From Octopus sinensis (Eukaryota), in contig NC_043003.1 of assembly GCF_006345805.1 (NCBI RefSeq), positions 49,042,001 to 49,106,000 on the forward strand: DNA of 64,000 bases. Direction: 5' to 3'. The first letter of the stretch is position 1; the number at the start of each line of letters is the position of its first letter. The notes under the pieces were generated by a model. That model had not been told where the DNA came from, did no database searches, and saw only the letters and a list, made by a program, of their open reading frames with translations. The translations under genes and the position numbers were made by a program. Shown one piece after another: positions 26,091-39,240 of the stretch.

Positions 26091-26428
26091 CAATTTATCT
26101 TCTAATCCATAATACTTTGTTATGAAAATATTTAACTGTAATACAAAGAATGTTACACACATGAAATCATAGAAGTTAAAGTTTTACACACAAGGTGAAT
26201 TATTCCCACACATACACACATTCGTCCATACACATAAAATCCCAACGGAGAGTAAAACAAAACAGCTCGATTAGTTTTTGATTACCAGTTAAACATTCTT
26301 TCTGCAGAGACAGATAATTTACCTGCAGATAAACACTGCTTCCGTACTTTAGTTAATTAATATGCTCGATAATATTTAAAAGAAGTATCGCTTACTCATC
26401 GAATTTTTCATAAGTAATTGTACGCTGG

Positions 26429-26429
<1 letters not shown>

Positions 26430-26508
<79 letters not shown>

Positions 26509-26573
26509 TTTTCTTTTTCTTTCTTTCTTTCTTTCTTTCTTTCTGTCTGTCTTTCTTTCTTTCTTTCTTTCTG

Positions 26574-26610
<37 letters not shown>
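26430..26610. repeat. (TTTC)n microsatellite
   Basis: Directly visible; source of the KKER ORFs. Confidence 0.97.
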
Positions 26611-26836
26611 GTCCATTGATGCATGAAATTAAGCACTTCTGATGAACCGATAATGGTTTGTTCGACAGAGAAATCTGTGGTCTTATGACAATGGGGTCTA
26701 TTTGCACGGCGAGGTTATGTGCGCATGTAAATGTATTTACAACACAAACGTTTAAGTATGGATGTATATTTTGTTACCACTGTTTCTCTTAATCAAACTA
26801 ATACATTTGTTAAAATTTGTTCCTCTTGTGTTGTCT

Positions 26837-26924
<88 letters not shown>

Positions 26925-27033
26925 ACACACACACATACACACACACACATACACACACACATATATATATATAAGTTAATTAAAAGCAGCAGCAATATGA
27001 CAAAGCTGTTACTCAGAGTTTTACGTTCCTATT

Positions 27034-27178
27034 CGTCGGACAGTTTTGTTAAAATACAACAGAAATAACAATATAATCAAAACTAGTTAAATGATACACC
27101 TTTAAAAATGGATTTGTTTCATTAAAATTTTTTGATTATATCGTTATTTCTGTTCTATTTTAACAAAACTGTACGACG
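27034..27178. repeat. Inverted repeat (~60 bp arms, ~25 nt spacer) abutting a hammerhead-bearing element
   Basis: cgtcggacagttttgttaaaatacaacagaaataacaatataatcaaaa versus ttttgattatatcgttatttctgttctattttaacaaaactgtacgacg. Confidence 0.85.
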
Positions 27179-27189
27179 AGCGGGAATAA

Positions 27190-27390
27190 AAGAATATGTC
27201 CGGCCTTCGCTATGATAGATCACTAGCCACCACACATTCTTTATTTTCTCTTGTTTCTTTCTGTGGAAGAGTGTAGGCTCGAAACGTTAAAGAATTTTTC
27301 ACTTCCCGAGCGTTATACTAATACATCTGTTTGTTGTCTACACCACCTGTCTTCGTCTTTTGTTTTTTTTTTGTGAATTCTCCCTATACA
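27190..27390 (+). mobile_element. Short hammerhead-bearing element (family H1) with degenerate core
   Basis: cttt-ctgtgga-agagtgtaggctc-GAAAC-gtt-aaaga...cttcccgagcgttatactaatacatctgtttgttg; homologous to 47195-47600 and 61565-61760. Confidence 0.75.
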
Positions 27391-27449
27391 TACATACATA
27401 ACATACATACATACATACATACATACATACATGTATATATATATATATA

Positions 27450-27509
<60 letters not shown>

Positions 27510-27579
27510 AAATATTAGGGAATAAATCCAAACTTACAGCGAAAAATCAGATTTAGGATTGAATTCAATTTTATAGTAA

Positions 27580-27775
27580 AATATTATATTATATTAAATT
27601 AGAGATAAAACCACTATTAGGCAAATCATACAGTGTTATACTAATTATCTTTTTAATAATTTTGATATATATTTAAATAATATAAATTAATTAATCTTAT
27701 GTATTGGCTTAAGTTTTCATCGTATGATTGCCTAATAGTGGTTCTATCTCTTAATTTAATATTATATAATATATT
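27580..27775. mobile_element. Palindromic element related to 5739-6075, inserted in (TA)n
   Basis: Arms atattaaattagagataaaaccactattaggcaaatcatac / gtatgattgcctaatagtggttctatctcttaatttaatat; shares ttttatagtaaaatattat...agaga(c/t)aaaaccactatt with the 5.7 kb element. Confidence 0.7.
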
Positions 27776-27799
27776 ATATATATATATATATATATATTG

Positions 27800-27965
27800 G
27801 AGCTCTTACTTTAGTTGAACAAGTCGACCCAGGACTTATTCTTTGTAAGCTTAGTACATATTCTATCGATCTGTTTTTGCCGAACGGCTAAGTTACAGGG
27901 TCGTAAACACACTAACATCGGTGTCAAATGATTGTGGGGGGACAAACACAGACACACAAATACAT
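27800..27965 (-). mobile_element. SINE family A tail
   Basis: ttagttgaacaagtcgacccaggacttattctttgtaagc...ggggggacaaacacagac. Confidence 0.85.
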
Positions 27966-27967
27966 AT

Positions 27968-28760
27968 ACAGAGTGGGTGGAAAGTAATTAGGCTTCTAGA
28001 ATTTTTAGTATCACTGAAGTCATGACGAAAACATTTTTATACAGACAACGCTAATGAGGATTTTTTATTTCCTTATTGTCTTATTTCTTATTTTCCAGAT
28101 GGCCGGTCGCTTGACTGTTCAGGAGCGAGCTAAGATAGCAGCACGCTATGAAGTGTGGAATTCCATTGTTTTGGTTCAGAGATAGTGGCGTGCATGGAAA
28201 GGTAAGCACGCAACACTACGTCCGGAGACAATAAAAAGTTGTCATGCAAAGCTGATGACCACGATCTCTGTGAACGATGCAAGAAGAAGTGGCCGTCTAG
28301 CCATATCCCGATCGGCAGAGAACGTGGTAACAGTGCAGGAAATGTTTAATCGCATCCCACAAAAACCAACGCGTCAAGTAGCTCGTGAAAGTGGACTAAC
28401 AAGACACACATACGTACGGTGTTGCATGAAGAATTGGATTTTCATCCGTGGAAGCCCCATTACATGCAGGAGCTAAAACCGGAAGACTGTGACCGCAGAT
28501 GTCCAAAAGTTCAGAACTCCAAGAAATCCAGATCTCACTCCATGTGATTTTTACATGCGGAGTTACACAAAAGGGGAGGTGTACAAGACAAAACCACGCA
28601 CACTACAGGACTTGGAGACACGAATTCAGGAGGTTCTCAATGATATCCCAGACGACGTTCTTCAGAAGGTTGTGCATTCCATCCCGGGCCGTTTGAGGAA
28701 ACTGGTTGACAGCACCAGGGCTTACACTGAAATATGAAAATCTACTTTCATCTTCCCATG
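27968..28760 (+). pseudogene. Internally deleted Tc1/mariner-superfamily transposase (DUF4817-type N-terminal HTH)
   Basis: MAGRLTVQERAKIAARYEVWNSIVLVQR..., SVNDARRSGR, then PRNPDLTPCDFYMRSYTKGEVYKTKPRTLQDLETRIQE (SPDLTPxDF motif). Confidence 0.85.
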
Positions 28761-28799
28761 TGGTAAGGAACATTTGTTTCAATAAATTTGTAAAAGGAA

Positions 28800-29440
28800 T
28801 TTTTCTGCAATTCCTCCTTTCATTCGCAATTTCTCGCTCAAAATTCGTTGGCAGGAGCTCCAGGACACACCAATCATATCAACTAGTTTGTTGCTGATGG
28901 TCCTCCAAGATCAGTTCATGAATTTTCATGATGTTTTCATTCCTTTGGGAGGTCGGTGGTTGTCCTGAACGAGGTTGGTCTTCAACCGACAAGTGACCAT
29001 TCCTAAAGCGTGGAAACCATTGCTCATGGCAGCGTCCTTGTAAGCTGTCCTTCTAGCATGACAACTGTTTCAGCCACCATCTTCTCCAGCAGAAAACAGA
29101 ATTTCACATAAGCCCGCTATCCCTTCGTTTCAGCCATCGCAAAAATCGACGAACAAGGGAGAAACGCTGCAAAACAAAAACGCGCCACGTGGCAGTACGA
29201 CCTCATTGAACGATGTCGGTTGGCAGACTGATGGCTTAGGGTCGCAACAAGTGGCTTCTAGCGGTAGAAGCCTGAACTACAACGGGCTTGTTCCACAGAT
29301 AACGTTTTCGGTTGCTTTTGGGTATCCTCTCATATGTCTACAAAACTCCATCATTAGCGACATAATGGATAGAGTGACATAATGGATACTTAAAAAAAAA
29401 ATACTAGTGATTTAAATGTATGACAAACTTCTCAGAACAC
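28800..29440 (-). pseudogene. Mariner transposase 5' relic
   Basis: Reverse strand RAYVKFCFLLEKMVAETVVML...WFPRFRNGHLSVEDQPRSGQPPTSQRNENIMKIHELILED...SWSSCQRILSEKLRM. Confidence 0.8.
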
Positions 29441-31279
29441 GGTGTTTGTCGAAAACACTTTATAAGCCTGGAAAATATCCTTTCTGGACATTTTTGAGGA
29501 TATCTATTATCAGCAGGTCTGTGGAAAGAACTGTTGTAGAAACAATAACCAAATGCTTCTGTATACACAACTTGAGTTCTGCGTGAATTGACCAGGTGAA
29601 ACGAGATGCTGTTTTAAGTATAGAAGGTATGAATACTCCGAGAAGGCTTAAGCGTGTTTTTTAATTATAAATGTTAAAGAAGTATGTACCTAAACCATAT
29701 AATAGTGGAATATAAAATACGCCTACAATTCTATAGCTGATACAAGAGGACTCAATGATGTGGTAGAAATTCAGATCCATGGCATAAAGTTTACATGATA
29801 AAAAAGAAACAGAATTATTCATCTGAATAAAAATAAAATCACTACTATACAGAATATATACATAATATGTATACATATATGAATCTGTGTATGTGTATGT
29901 GTATGGAATATAGATATGTATGTATATGTGTATATATTTGCATGTATGTAAATATGACTACTATATGCATATATATATATATGTGCATCTACATTTCTCT
30001 CTGTCTCTCCCCCTCTATCTATCTATAAAACACGCACACACATATGCATATACATATATATTTACACGTACACATCAGAATATATAAACGAGAAAAAGAA
30101 GTACTCCATACAAAAAGCCATTATTTTAAAGCCGAGTTTGCTGTTTGTTACTATTACTCAGAATTTTGAGTTTCAGTTTATCCCGCAACTTCATATTATC
30201 AAAAAACTCGGAATAATTTCTTAATTAGGATCCTTTTATCGACAGCATCAAGATAATTTCATGGAATATGAATATTATCGGTGAAGCAAGGATTACATCT
30301 CTGTGTTCCGTATTCATATATGAATATACGTTCAATGATGTAAGAATCGATCTTTAAGTCGTGCTTTTTCGTCGTGTAAGCTCCGATTATATTTGGATAA
30401 AGTTTTGTCGTATCGTCTTAAAAGTATGAATATACTAGGAATATATTGTTTTAAAAAATTCTCGAGTGGCCTGACGTAGCCTCCTGGTGTGATAATGAGA
30501 TTGTTTTGAATGAAAGTTTCTATTAAGTGGAAAGGAGAATGAAATATTAACCTACGCATAAGAGAAATATGCGAACCAGACATGTGATTAAATTTCTATA
30601 ATATATTTTTACTAGGGTTTCGGCGAATTTAATATTACAAGAATTTCTTAATTTCAAGGAATTTCGATTAAAAATCTTGTGATGATTATAATCTGGGGAA
30701 GTGCTTACATATTAAATTTACCGTTTGAAGACCATGGCGTCCTTTTCATACATAATTTGTTTAGTGATAAATCAAATAAAGTCAGGTTAGCTGAAGTAAA
30801 ACACGCGCTTGCGCACACACGCACACATAAGCATATACACACATACGCATGTGTATATGATTGTAGGCATTTACGTATACATGCAATCCCTTGTGCATAA
30901 TAAGTACTCATATACATGATCCTGATATAGTCAGTAACGTTGTAATGGAGTCTGTATATTGCCTTTTTTACACTAACACACACAATGTAAAATTCAGTCA
31001 TAGTGGGATCGAAATAAAGAACTTATGATTAGGAAGCGAACTCCTTAACCACATGACCATGCCTGCATCGACAAGTGTGCATATAAACGTTTGGATCTTT
31101 GTATAGTAATATCAATATATTACTATATTTTTATGCTTTGAAAATTGTTTCCCATGTGGCTATACATGATGTGCGTATTTTTAAATGTCATGGTCACAAG
31201 GGAATCCCACGTTGTACTTATATAAACCCATCATGCACAACTAAATAATGCTCTCTCTGTCTCACCCAAATATATATGT

Positions 31280-31291
31280 ATGTATACATGC

Positions 31292-31358
<67 letters not shown>

Positions 31359-31396
31359 CATCCATCCATCCATCCATCCGTCCGTCTGTCTATCTA

Positions 31397-31427
<31 letters not shown>

Positions 31428-31452
31428 GCCTGCCTGCCTTCCTGCCTTCATG

Positions 31453-31490
<38 letters not shown>

Positions 31491-31493
31491 TGA

Positions 31494-31574
<81 letters not shown>
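31280..31574. repeat. Compound (TCTA)n/(TCCA)n/(TCTG)n/(CCTG)n microsatellite
   Basis: Directly visible; forms the 5' flank of the Tx1 element. Confidence 0.97.
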
Positions 31575-32744
31575 GAATTGGTAATGATACCAGTCTATTT
31601 AAACAAAAGGGTCACGAAAGTCCAAATAAAAAACATACCATTTGATGTCGAAACACAATGGGTGGTCTCTGCCATCTGCTTTGAAATGTCAGAGACAATG
31701 TCAGAGACAAACATCCTGGAAATCGCGGTTCTAGGAGAGAAAGACTATGTGGGCAAATCAATCGAATTCCTGCTTCAATTGGATGAAGCAGCAAGAGAGA
31801 AGATACCCACCGCTATAGAACTGCCAGGAGGCTACAAACTCTATATAGTGGTAGAGGGCAGGCGACCACGCTGCTATTTGTGTGGAAGCGAAACACACTT
31901 GAAAAAGACGTGCCCAACCACTGCACACCAAGAGCAACAACAACAACCACTACCACAACCAAAGCACTCGGAAAAAAAGCTCTACTACCCACACCACCAT
32001 CAACACAGAAGACGACAAGAGAAGCACACCAAGCTAATCCGTCATCAACCAAAAACCACTCGACACCTGGAAAAATACCAACACTACCATCAACAGTAAA
32101 ACCCAAAGGAACAGAAAAACAAAGAACACACACACAAACTGATCCCCCATCCCTTATACCGCACTCAACACACACAAACACTCAACAACCAACAAAACGA
32201 AAACAACAACACAACCACTTACACAGACATACATAGAAGCCCACAACATACCCCTACCCCCTTCTGATTCCTCAGAAATTTCGTCGGAAGACGAAACCAG
32301 TGAGGAATGGCAAATAGCTACAAAAAGAAGGAAAATAAAGAGCAGAAACACAACCAAACCCAAATGCAAACACGAACAAAGCAGGGGGAAATACATCTCC
32401 CGAAGACATTTCAAACCCAACGCAAACAACAGCCACACCACACCACAAAAACATATACAGAACATGCTCACAGCCATAGACACCAAAACACACAATTGAT
32501 GGAATACATCCAATCAAAAACAAACATAACAGAAGATGACATAAAAACAAACAACCACCCATACACCAACACACCAGACCACATCAAAATAATACACATC
32601 TCCAAAAGTCTGCACCACACACTCAAAGGCATTTCCCCAGTGCGGTTGGTGGTAAATGCCAAAAAATATCTCACAAAGAAACTGTACTGGGATCTTCTCG
32701 AGGACAAACCAACGGAGGAGAAAGCAAAAACTTTCGAGCAGTAA
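31575..32744 (+). pseudogene. Tx1 ORF1 (gag-like, frameshifted)
   Basis: KVQIKNIPFDV..., RRPRCYLCGSETHLKKTCP (CX2CX4HX4C), T/P/K-rich linker, C-terminal segment ending at 32744. Confidence 0.8.
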
Positions 32745-32775
32745 GTAACCCTCTGTATTCTAATTCATTAGAACT

Positions 32776-35700
32776 ATGATCAAGATTGGTTGTGTAAATG
32801 CGCGTGGCTTGGGGTCCCCTTGGAAACAAGGGTACCTCTTAAATGACATAAGTCACATAAGCATAAGTTAGAAATCATAGCCATAAGCGAGACCAGACTC
32901 CACAATCCGCGGGCCCTAAAGACCATGTTGGGCGGACAGTTCAACATTTATTTTTCCCCCTGTCTGCCGAGAATGGGCGGTAGTGGCACCGCGGTACTTT
33001 TTCACAAGAGTCTGGATCTCAATGTAAGGACAATATTCGTAGACCCGGAGGGTAGACTGGTCGTCCTGGATGTCGACGGCAGCAATGGGTGCGCTTTTCG
33101 CTAGTATCAGTTTACGCACCGCCCTTAACAGGTCGGGCGGATTTTTTCAACGTCTAGAAGTTTTCTTGGAACGTCTCGTCCTTTACTCTAGTGGGGGATT
33201 GGAATGCTACCTTGGACACGCATGTAGACTACGTGGGTAGAGATAGGAATAGACGGGGATGCAAATGCCTCAGAGACCTGCTCAGACGCTTTCAACTGTC
33301 TGACAGGTTTCGACTAGACCACCCGAATGCGCCAACGTGGACATGGAGCAACCGCATCGGGTCGTCGAGATCGTATCTAGATAGGATACTGTGTAGGACA
33401 GTAGATAGAGATAGCATAGGATGTCCACAATTCCACATAGTCAGCTACACGGATCACAAACTTGTGACATGTACGCTAGACTTAGGTAAGACACTTAGGC
33501 AGGGTCCCGGATACTGGAAACTAAACGCGTCTTCCCATCGAGACAAGTTTTCAGAGACCGGATTAGCACACTAGTAAAGAGGGCTTTGACGGGAGCCATC
33601 ATCAACAAACAAATGGTGGTTTGCCCTCAGAGAGAGCAGTAAAAGCAGAAGCGATTAGGTACAGCAAAGCACTAGCCATAGATAGAAATAGAGTAGAGGG
33701 TGAGCTAGTTAAGAAGCTAGAAGAGGCAATTAGAAGCGGCATCGCATCCGACGTTTTGGCGGCGAGGTTGGCCCTCGACCAACACTTCAACGCCAAACAC
33801 GAAGGATGTGCTGTCAGAGCTAGGAGCGTGCTCTAAGGAACGAAGGTGTTGGAGCCGCGAGAGAGGCCCGGGTGGCAGAGGCGCAACAGGGCAACAAAGC
33901 CACCATTCGGTCACTGGTAGATGAACAGGGGCGCGAATTGCTCGAGCCAAGTAAAATGTGTGAGGCCTTTCAGCAGCATTTTGCCCGACTGTTCGGAACG
34001 AGTGGAGGGCAAGAACGTAGGGTGGACTTCAGTGCCTACCTACATAGCCTACCACGACTCTCGACAAGAAAGGCAGGGTGCTGCGAAGGTGCCATCACGG
34101 CGGCGGAAGTGCGGGAAGCGATGGCAGAATGCTCGAGGGACAAATCACGGGTTTGGATGGTCTACCCTACGAGCTTTACAATTGTATGCCAGACTTGTTT
34201 GGAGATCTCTTGGCGGCGGTGTACTGCAACTGGCAGCAAAACGGGAGCATTCCTGGTTTTGTGAGCCGAGGAGCCGTAACACTGCTGAAGAAAGATCTAA
34301 ACAAGGGAAATGTAATAGATAACTTTAGGCCCATCACTCTGCTTAATGCAGACTTGAAAATTTTGGCCAAGGTGCTAGCCAAGAGGTTGGCGCTTGTCAT
34401 CGAGAAACTGGTCGACAAGGCGCAAACATGCGCCGTGCCAGGCCGGACCATCCATGACAACCTCCATCTGATGCGCTACATCATAGACAGGGTAGTTAAC
34501 GAACCTGGCATGGGTGGGGCCCTGATCAACTTGGATCAATCAAAAGCCTTTGATAGGGTAGACCATCGATACTTGGAGGCAGTCCTGAGAGCGGCTGGTT
34601 CGGTCCCGTCTTCCGCGGCTGGATAGCTGCCTTGTACAGAGGCATCCGTTCGGTAATTCGCGTAAATGGACATCTATCGAGACCTTTCGACATTGCACGT
34701 TCGGTCCGTCAGGGATGCCCCCTCTCGGCGCTTCTATACGTATTGACTCTTGAGCCACTACTGCGGAAGCTGGCGACTCTAAGGGCATCCCGCGAGAATT
34801 GGGATGCGGGACGAGCGTGTCTGCATACGCGGACGACGTCACCGTCATAGTGTCTAGCCACGAGCACATCGAGCTGGTCGGCGAGACACTGAAAAACTAC
34901 GAAGCGGTGACAGGAGCGAAAATCAACCGGGAAAAGTCAGTGGGCTTGCGACTAGGCACCTGGAGAAGCAAGCCCATGCCGTCCACCAGCGCCTCCGTCG
35001 TGGGACGCTGGACCGACGGCCCGGTTGAGTTGCTCGGGGTCTGGTTGGTCCGGACCTCCAAGTGGAGAAGAACTGGAACGAGATAACGAGTAGGGTGGTC
35101 ACTCTCGCCGGCAATGGGCCGAGAGGAAACTGTCCCTAAAAGGTCGAGCGGAGGTGGCGAACACGTACATCGCGTCCGTCATCTACTACCGCCTGACCGT
35201 CGTACCTTGTCCCGACCCTACATCACCAAAACAACGCATCCTCTTTCACTTCTTGTGGAAAGGATGCGTCCCGATGGTCAGGCGATCCATTTGCTGTCAA
35301 ACCCGTTAAAAGGAGGGCTGGGCATGCCGTGGTTGATGATGCGCAGACACGCGCTGAGACTGCGACATCTCTGGCTCTATGTAGACGACGGTGAACAGGT
35401 GTGGTCGCCGTTTGTGAGGCACGCTTTCCCGCAGCTCGTCTCCATGACCGAACTGCAGTCGTGGATCAAAAAGAGGCCGAGGAAGGGCGAATGGCACCGC
35501 GAGTGTCGCGTTGCTCTCAAGCAACTCTGCCGTCCTGGGTCGACCTTAAGTGACTTCAACAACAACAAAGCATTCTATAGGGGTTTAGTGGAGGGGAGGT
35601 ACGACGACGAGCTCGGGGCGAACCTGGACGTCGACGAGGAGTACCTGACCCGCCTGTTCGGGACGACTTCGGGCCAGGGCCCATGGACAACTTCCAGAGA

Positions 35701-36203
35701 TCCCTGGCCTGGCAGTGCTACCGAGAAGCTCTACCCGTTCGGGATAAGCTCTACAGACACGGCTCGAGAAACACGGGGCCGACCTGCCCGAGATGCGGTC
35801 AGAGCGACGAAACCGTTCTGCACGCACTCGTTCAGTGTCCAACAATTTCCGACTGTGGGCTTATGTCGAACAACTGCTGTCACGTGTGGGACGAGTCGGT
35901 TTATCAGCTGAGTCTATCGTCAATATTGTCACGCCTCCTTCCTTCAAACGGGAAGGAAGAGCTATTTTCATCATCCTTGTGGCTATGGCGAAAGAATGTA
36001 TCTGGTGGACGCGTCTGAAAGGATTGGAGACAAACATTCCTCTCTGGTCATCTCTCATCAACTTCTTCAAGTACACTTGAAAAGGAAAGTGAGAGTAGAG
36101 AGGCAGTTTTAGTTTGTCTAGCGAATGTTTTAAAAAAAGATGGGTGAATGTAGCAAGAATGGCACGTATGAATGACGAAGCCACCTTGAGCATAGTCCTA
36201 TGA
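32776..36203 (+). pseudogene. Tx1 ORF2: apurinic-type endonuclease plus reverse transcriptase (frameshifted)
   Basis: MIKIGCVNARGLG, GDWNATLD, SYLDRIL, YTDHKLV, WKLNAS, LDGLPYELY, FRPITLLNADLKILAKVLAKRL, LDQSKAFDRVDH, VRQGCPLS, AYADDVTV. Confidence 0.93.
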
Positions 36204-36410
36204 ACCCAGAAATCGAAAACAGAGAGTTGCTTATTTGCAAAAAAAAAAAAAAAAAAAAAGAAATATAAAATGTGACTTCATTGACCGAGGTTACCGTGGT
36301 CTTTTCCGCAGGCTTTTCTTTCCACGGGTAAACCTCACCTGTCCTCCCCTTTACACTTCATATTGACATTTCTGTGATAACGATCCCTATTGATCATTTT
36401 TTTTTCCTCT

Positions 36411-36442
<32 letters not shown>

Positions 36443-36500
36443 CCCCCTTATTTTGTCCTCTTTCTCTCCTTTTACGATCCCTTTTGATCGAACCTCCCCC

Positions 36501-36534
<34 letters not shown>

Positions 36535-37556
36535 CCTTCAAAAGAAAAGCTCTACCTTGTAATTTGTTATCTGTGTGCAGCCCTGTGTGGCTAATAAAGA
36601 AACATATCTATGATACTTATATGCATGTATATATACTTACTTTTATATATACACTTATGTATGTAAATTTATATTACTCACACATCTCTCTCTCTCTCTT
36701 CTTCCTTTCTATTTCTCTCTCTCCACATACCCACACATACACACACACTATTACACACACACACACACACACACTCTCTCTCTTACACATACATACACAT
36801 ACACTCACATACACACGCACACACACACATATCACTTACGCGTTTGTCCCCTGTAACATTAAAGATTTAGAGGTTCACTGAAATATTGAAATTAACACGC
36901 ATACGCATTTTCGCATATACACGCAAACGAAGATCTGTCTACGGTTGAGTGAAGACGAATATTCTAAATATATATGTGCACAACTGTATTTTAATTATCG
37001 GTGCTTAGTGTGCCTTTAATTATCAGTTTATTTATTTCAGCTCTGACAAATGTTTGTATACGCCAGCAATGTTATTATTTACTATTTATACCTCAGAATG
37101 GCATTTTTTAGTGAGCTGCTAATGACAGCACCAACGTCTGTAATCGATGAAGTGTAACCACGCAGAAATGCGTGTCCTATAATGAGTCCTAAGTGCATCT
37201 CTGTTGTCCCAGATATTTCCTATAAGGAAAATTTCTCTTCCAAGACAGACAACGCAGCGAAGGGTTTTCCAAGTCTGACAGTGCAGAAACGCATAAAATA
37301 TAAATGCATACATCTGTACTCATTACTACTTAATGTGTGTGTGTGTGTGTGTGTATCTGTATTTGAGTGTATGTTTTGTGCGCGCATGTATATATTGTTT
37401 TTAGCTTTATTTGCCTTGAGGTCCACCATTCTGAAAAGAATTATTTCACGTTTTCGCGTAAGTAATAAATATTGTTAGACGTTAACGGTTCATATATATA
37501 TGCACGCATATACGTGCGCGCGCACACACACACATACACATTCGCGCGCACACATA

Positions 37557-37770
37557 TACGATGAGGTACTGAAAAGTTCCTGACTTTAGGTAAAAGAAAA
37601 TACAGAAGGATCAGTTAATTATTTAACATATTTTTCCTCTTAGATTCACCCATTTATTGCAGCCACCCTTCAATTTTTCTAAGCCCTGTAAAAGAACTCG
37701 GAAGATTGGGACTCTAACCAGGCCTTTCGCGACACCCTTAAAGCCAAGACCTTTTCAGCATTCCCTCGTA
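37557..37770. mobile_element. Mariner-type MITE (~214 bp) with imperfect ~30 bp TIRs and TA ends
   Basis: tacgatgaggtactgaaaagttcctgacttta versus reverse complement of the right end tacgagggaatgctgaaaaggtcttggcttta. Confidence 0.75.
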
Positions 37771-38046
37771 CACATAATGTACTCCCATGTCGTAAACGAC
37801 AAATGAGGGTTCCGCAGCCTGATATCTCTATTTTGGCCTTGTATGGAAGAGACGTTTTATGGTACTAATTGGCGATCTTCTGTAGGCTTATGCTTTCTAC
37901 TTTGGGAAGCGTAATACCGCCTTTCTGTGAGCTACAAATCCACAGTTACCACAAACGAAATCATTTGGAGGCAGATTCTTGTTGGTGCTTCTACTTAAAA
38001 TTCGTACGAATTGGATCACAATGCTTCTGTCTATACCGTTTCAACC

Positions 38047-38095
<49 letters not shown>

Positions 38096-38364
38096 TGCGG
38101 ACGTCTCGTGCATAGTTCTGCATATTTATATTTTGCTATGACGACCACACTGATAAATTGCGGACATTTACGTAAGTATTACGTAAGTGGTAACAATGAA
38201 ATCGGGTTTGTGATTAATCTTTATAGTTTGTATCTTTTCATTTGTCTTGCTCGCTTACGTTCTGGCGTTTGCTGAATTTTCTTAGTGGTCAGACCATATT
38301 GGGTCTACTTCTAGCATAATGGATGTCCACTTAGTGGTCATCCCCTCTTATATGTATATATATA

Positions 38365-38561
38365 TTCTTTTATTCTTTTATTTGTTTCAGTCATTTTGAC
38401 AGCGACCATGCTGGAGCACCGCCTTTAGTCGAACAAATCGACCCCAGGACATATTCTTTGTAAGCCTAGTACTTATGCTATCGGTCTCTTTTGCCGAACC
38501 ACTGGGTTACGGGGACGTAAACACACCAGCATCGGCTGTCAAGCGATGTTGGGGGCGGAGA

Positions 38562-38600
<39 letters not shown>
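38365..38600 (-). mobile_element. SINE family A tail
   Basis: ttgtttcagtcattttgacagcgaccatgctggagcaccgcc...gtcaagcgatgttggggg. Confidence 0.88.
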
Positions 38601-38615
<15 letters not shown>

Positions 38616-38619
38616 AATA

Positions 38620-38658
<39 letters not shown>

Positions 38659-39019
38659 TTTGCTGAGTAGTTGGCGCGGTTACGAAAAATTAGGATATAT
38701 ACACTCGGGGCCTCAGTGGAGTCGCCTCGTGTGTACATGTTCTCCTTTTCTTTTGGTGACTTTGCTGATGAAACAACCCAATCGTAAATGGATTTAATTT
38801 AATTTAATTAAGTTCAATTGCGTAAAAATTGTTGAAACCTTGCAGGGTACAAAGTTGAAAGGGATAAATGTTTTTATTTCTCCTTTAGCTTTCAGAATTA
38901 CTACTATTTTTGCGGTTTGAGTTTGGCTGCTCTTTTCAAGTGAGTTGAACGACCTCTCAGGGTCATTCCTTAATACTTTTGTTGAGTATATATAAGTATG
39001 TATGCACATATATATCTTT

Positions 39020-39240
39020 TATCTTTCCTTGTTTAATTCATTTGACAGCGGCTATGCTGGGGGCACCACTTTGACGGGTTTTAGTCGAGCAAATCAACCT
39101 CAGAACTTATTTTTTTCTAAGCCTGGTACTTATTCTATCGAGATCTTCTTGCCGAACCGCTGAGTTACGGGAACGTAAAACCGGTTGTCAAGCGGTGGAG
39201 GGACACACGCGCACACAAAAACACACACACATACACACAA
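39020..39240 (-). mobile_element. SINE family A tail
   Basis: gcggctatgctgggggcaccac...tagtcgagcaaatcaacc...ccggttgtcaagcgg. Confidence 0.82.

Larger units (their letters stand above)
31575..36604 (+). mobile_element. Tx1-group (L1 clade) non-LTR retrotransposon, 5'-truncated in ORF1
   Basis: ORF1 with CCHC knuckle, ORF2 APE-RT, 3'UTR with A/T/C runs ending gccctgtgtggctaataaagaaaca followed by tatcta; 5' flank (TATC)n. Confidence 0.95.

Noticed and set aside
26635-26680. ctgatga-acc-gataat-ggt hammerhead-like start
   Set aside because: No GAAA adjacent to stem II and no stem I or III.
26340-26730. Possible minus-strand exon interrupted by (GAAA)n
   Set aside because: Frames on either side of the repeat do not agree and no protein similarity is evident.
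30332-30583. Minus-strand 83-aa ORF with a possible acceptor
   Set aside because: No homology recognised; consistent with a chance ORF.
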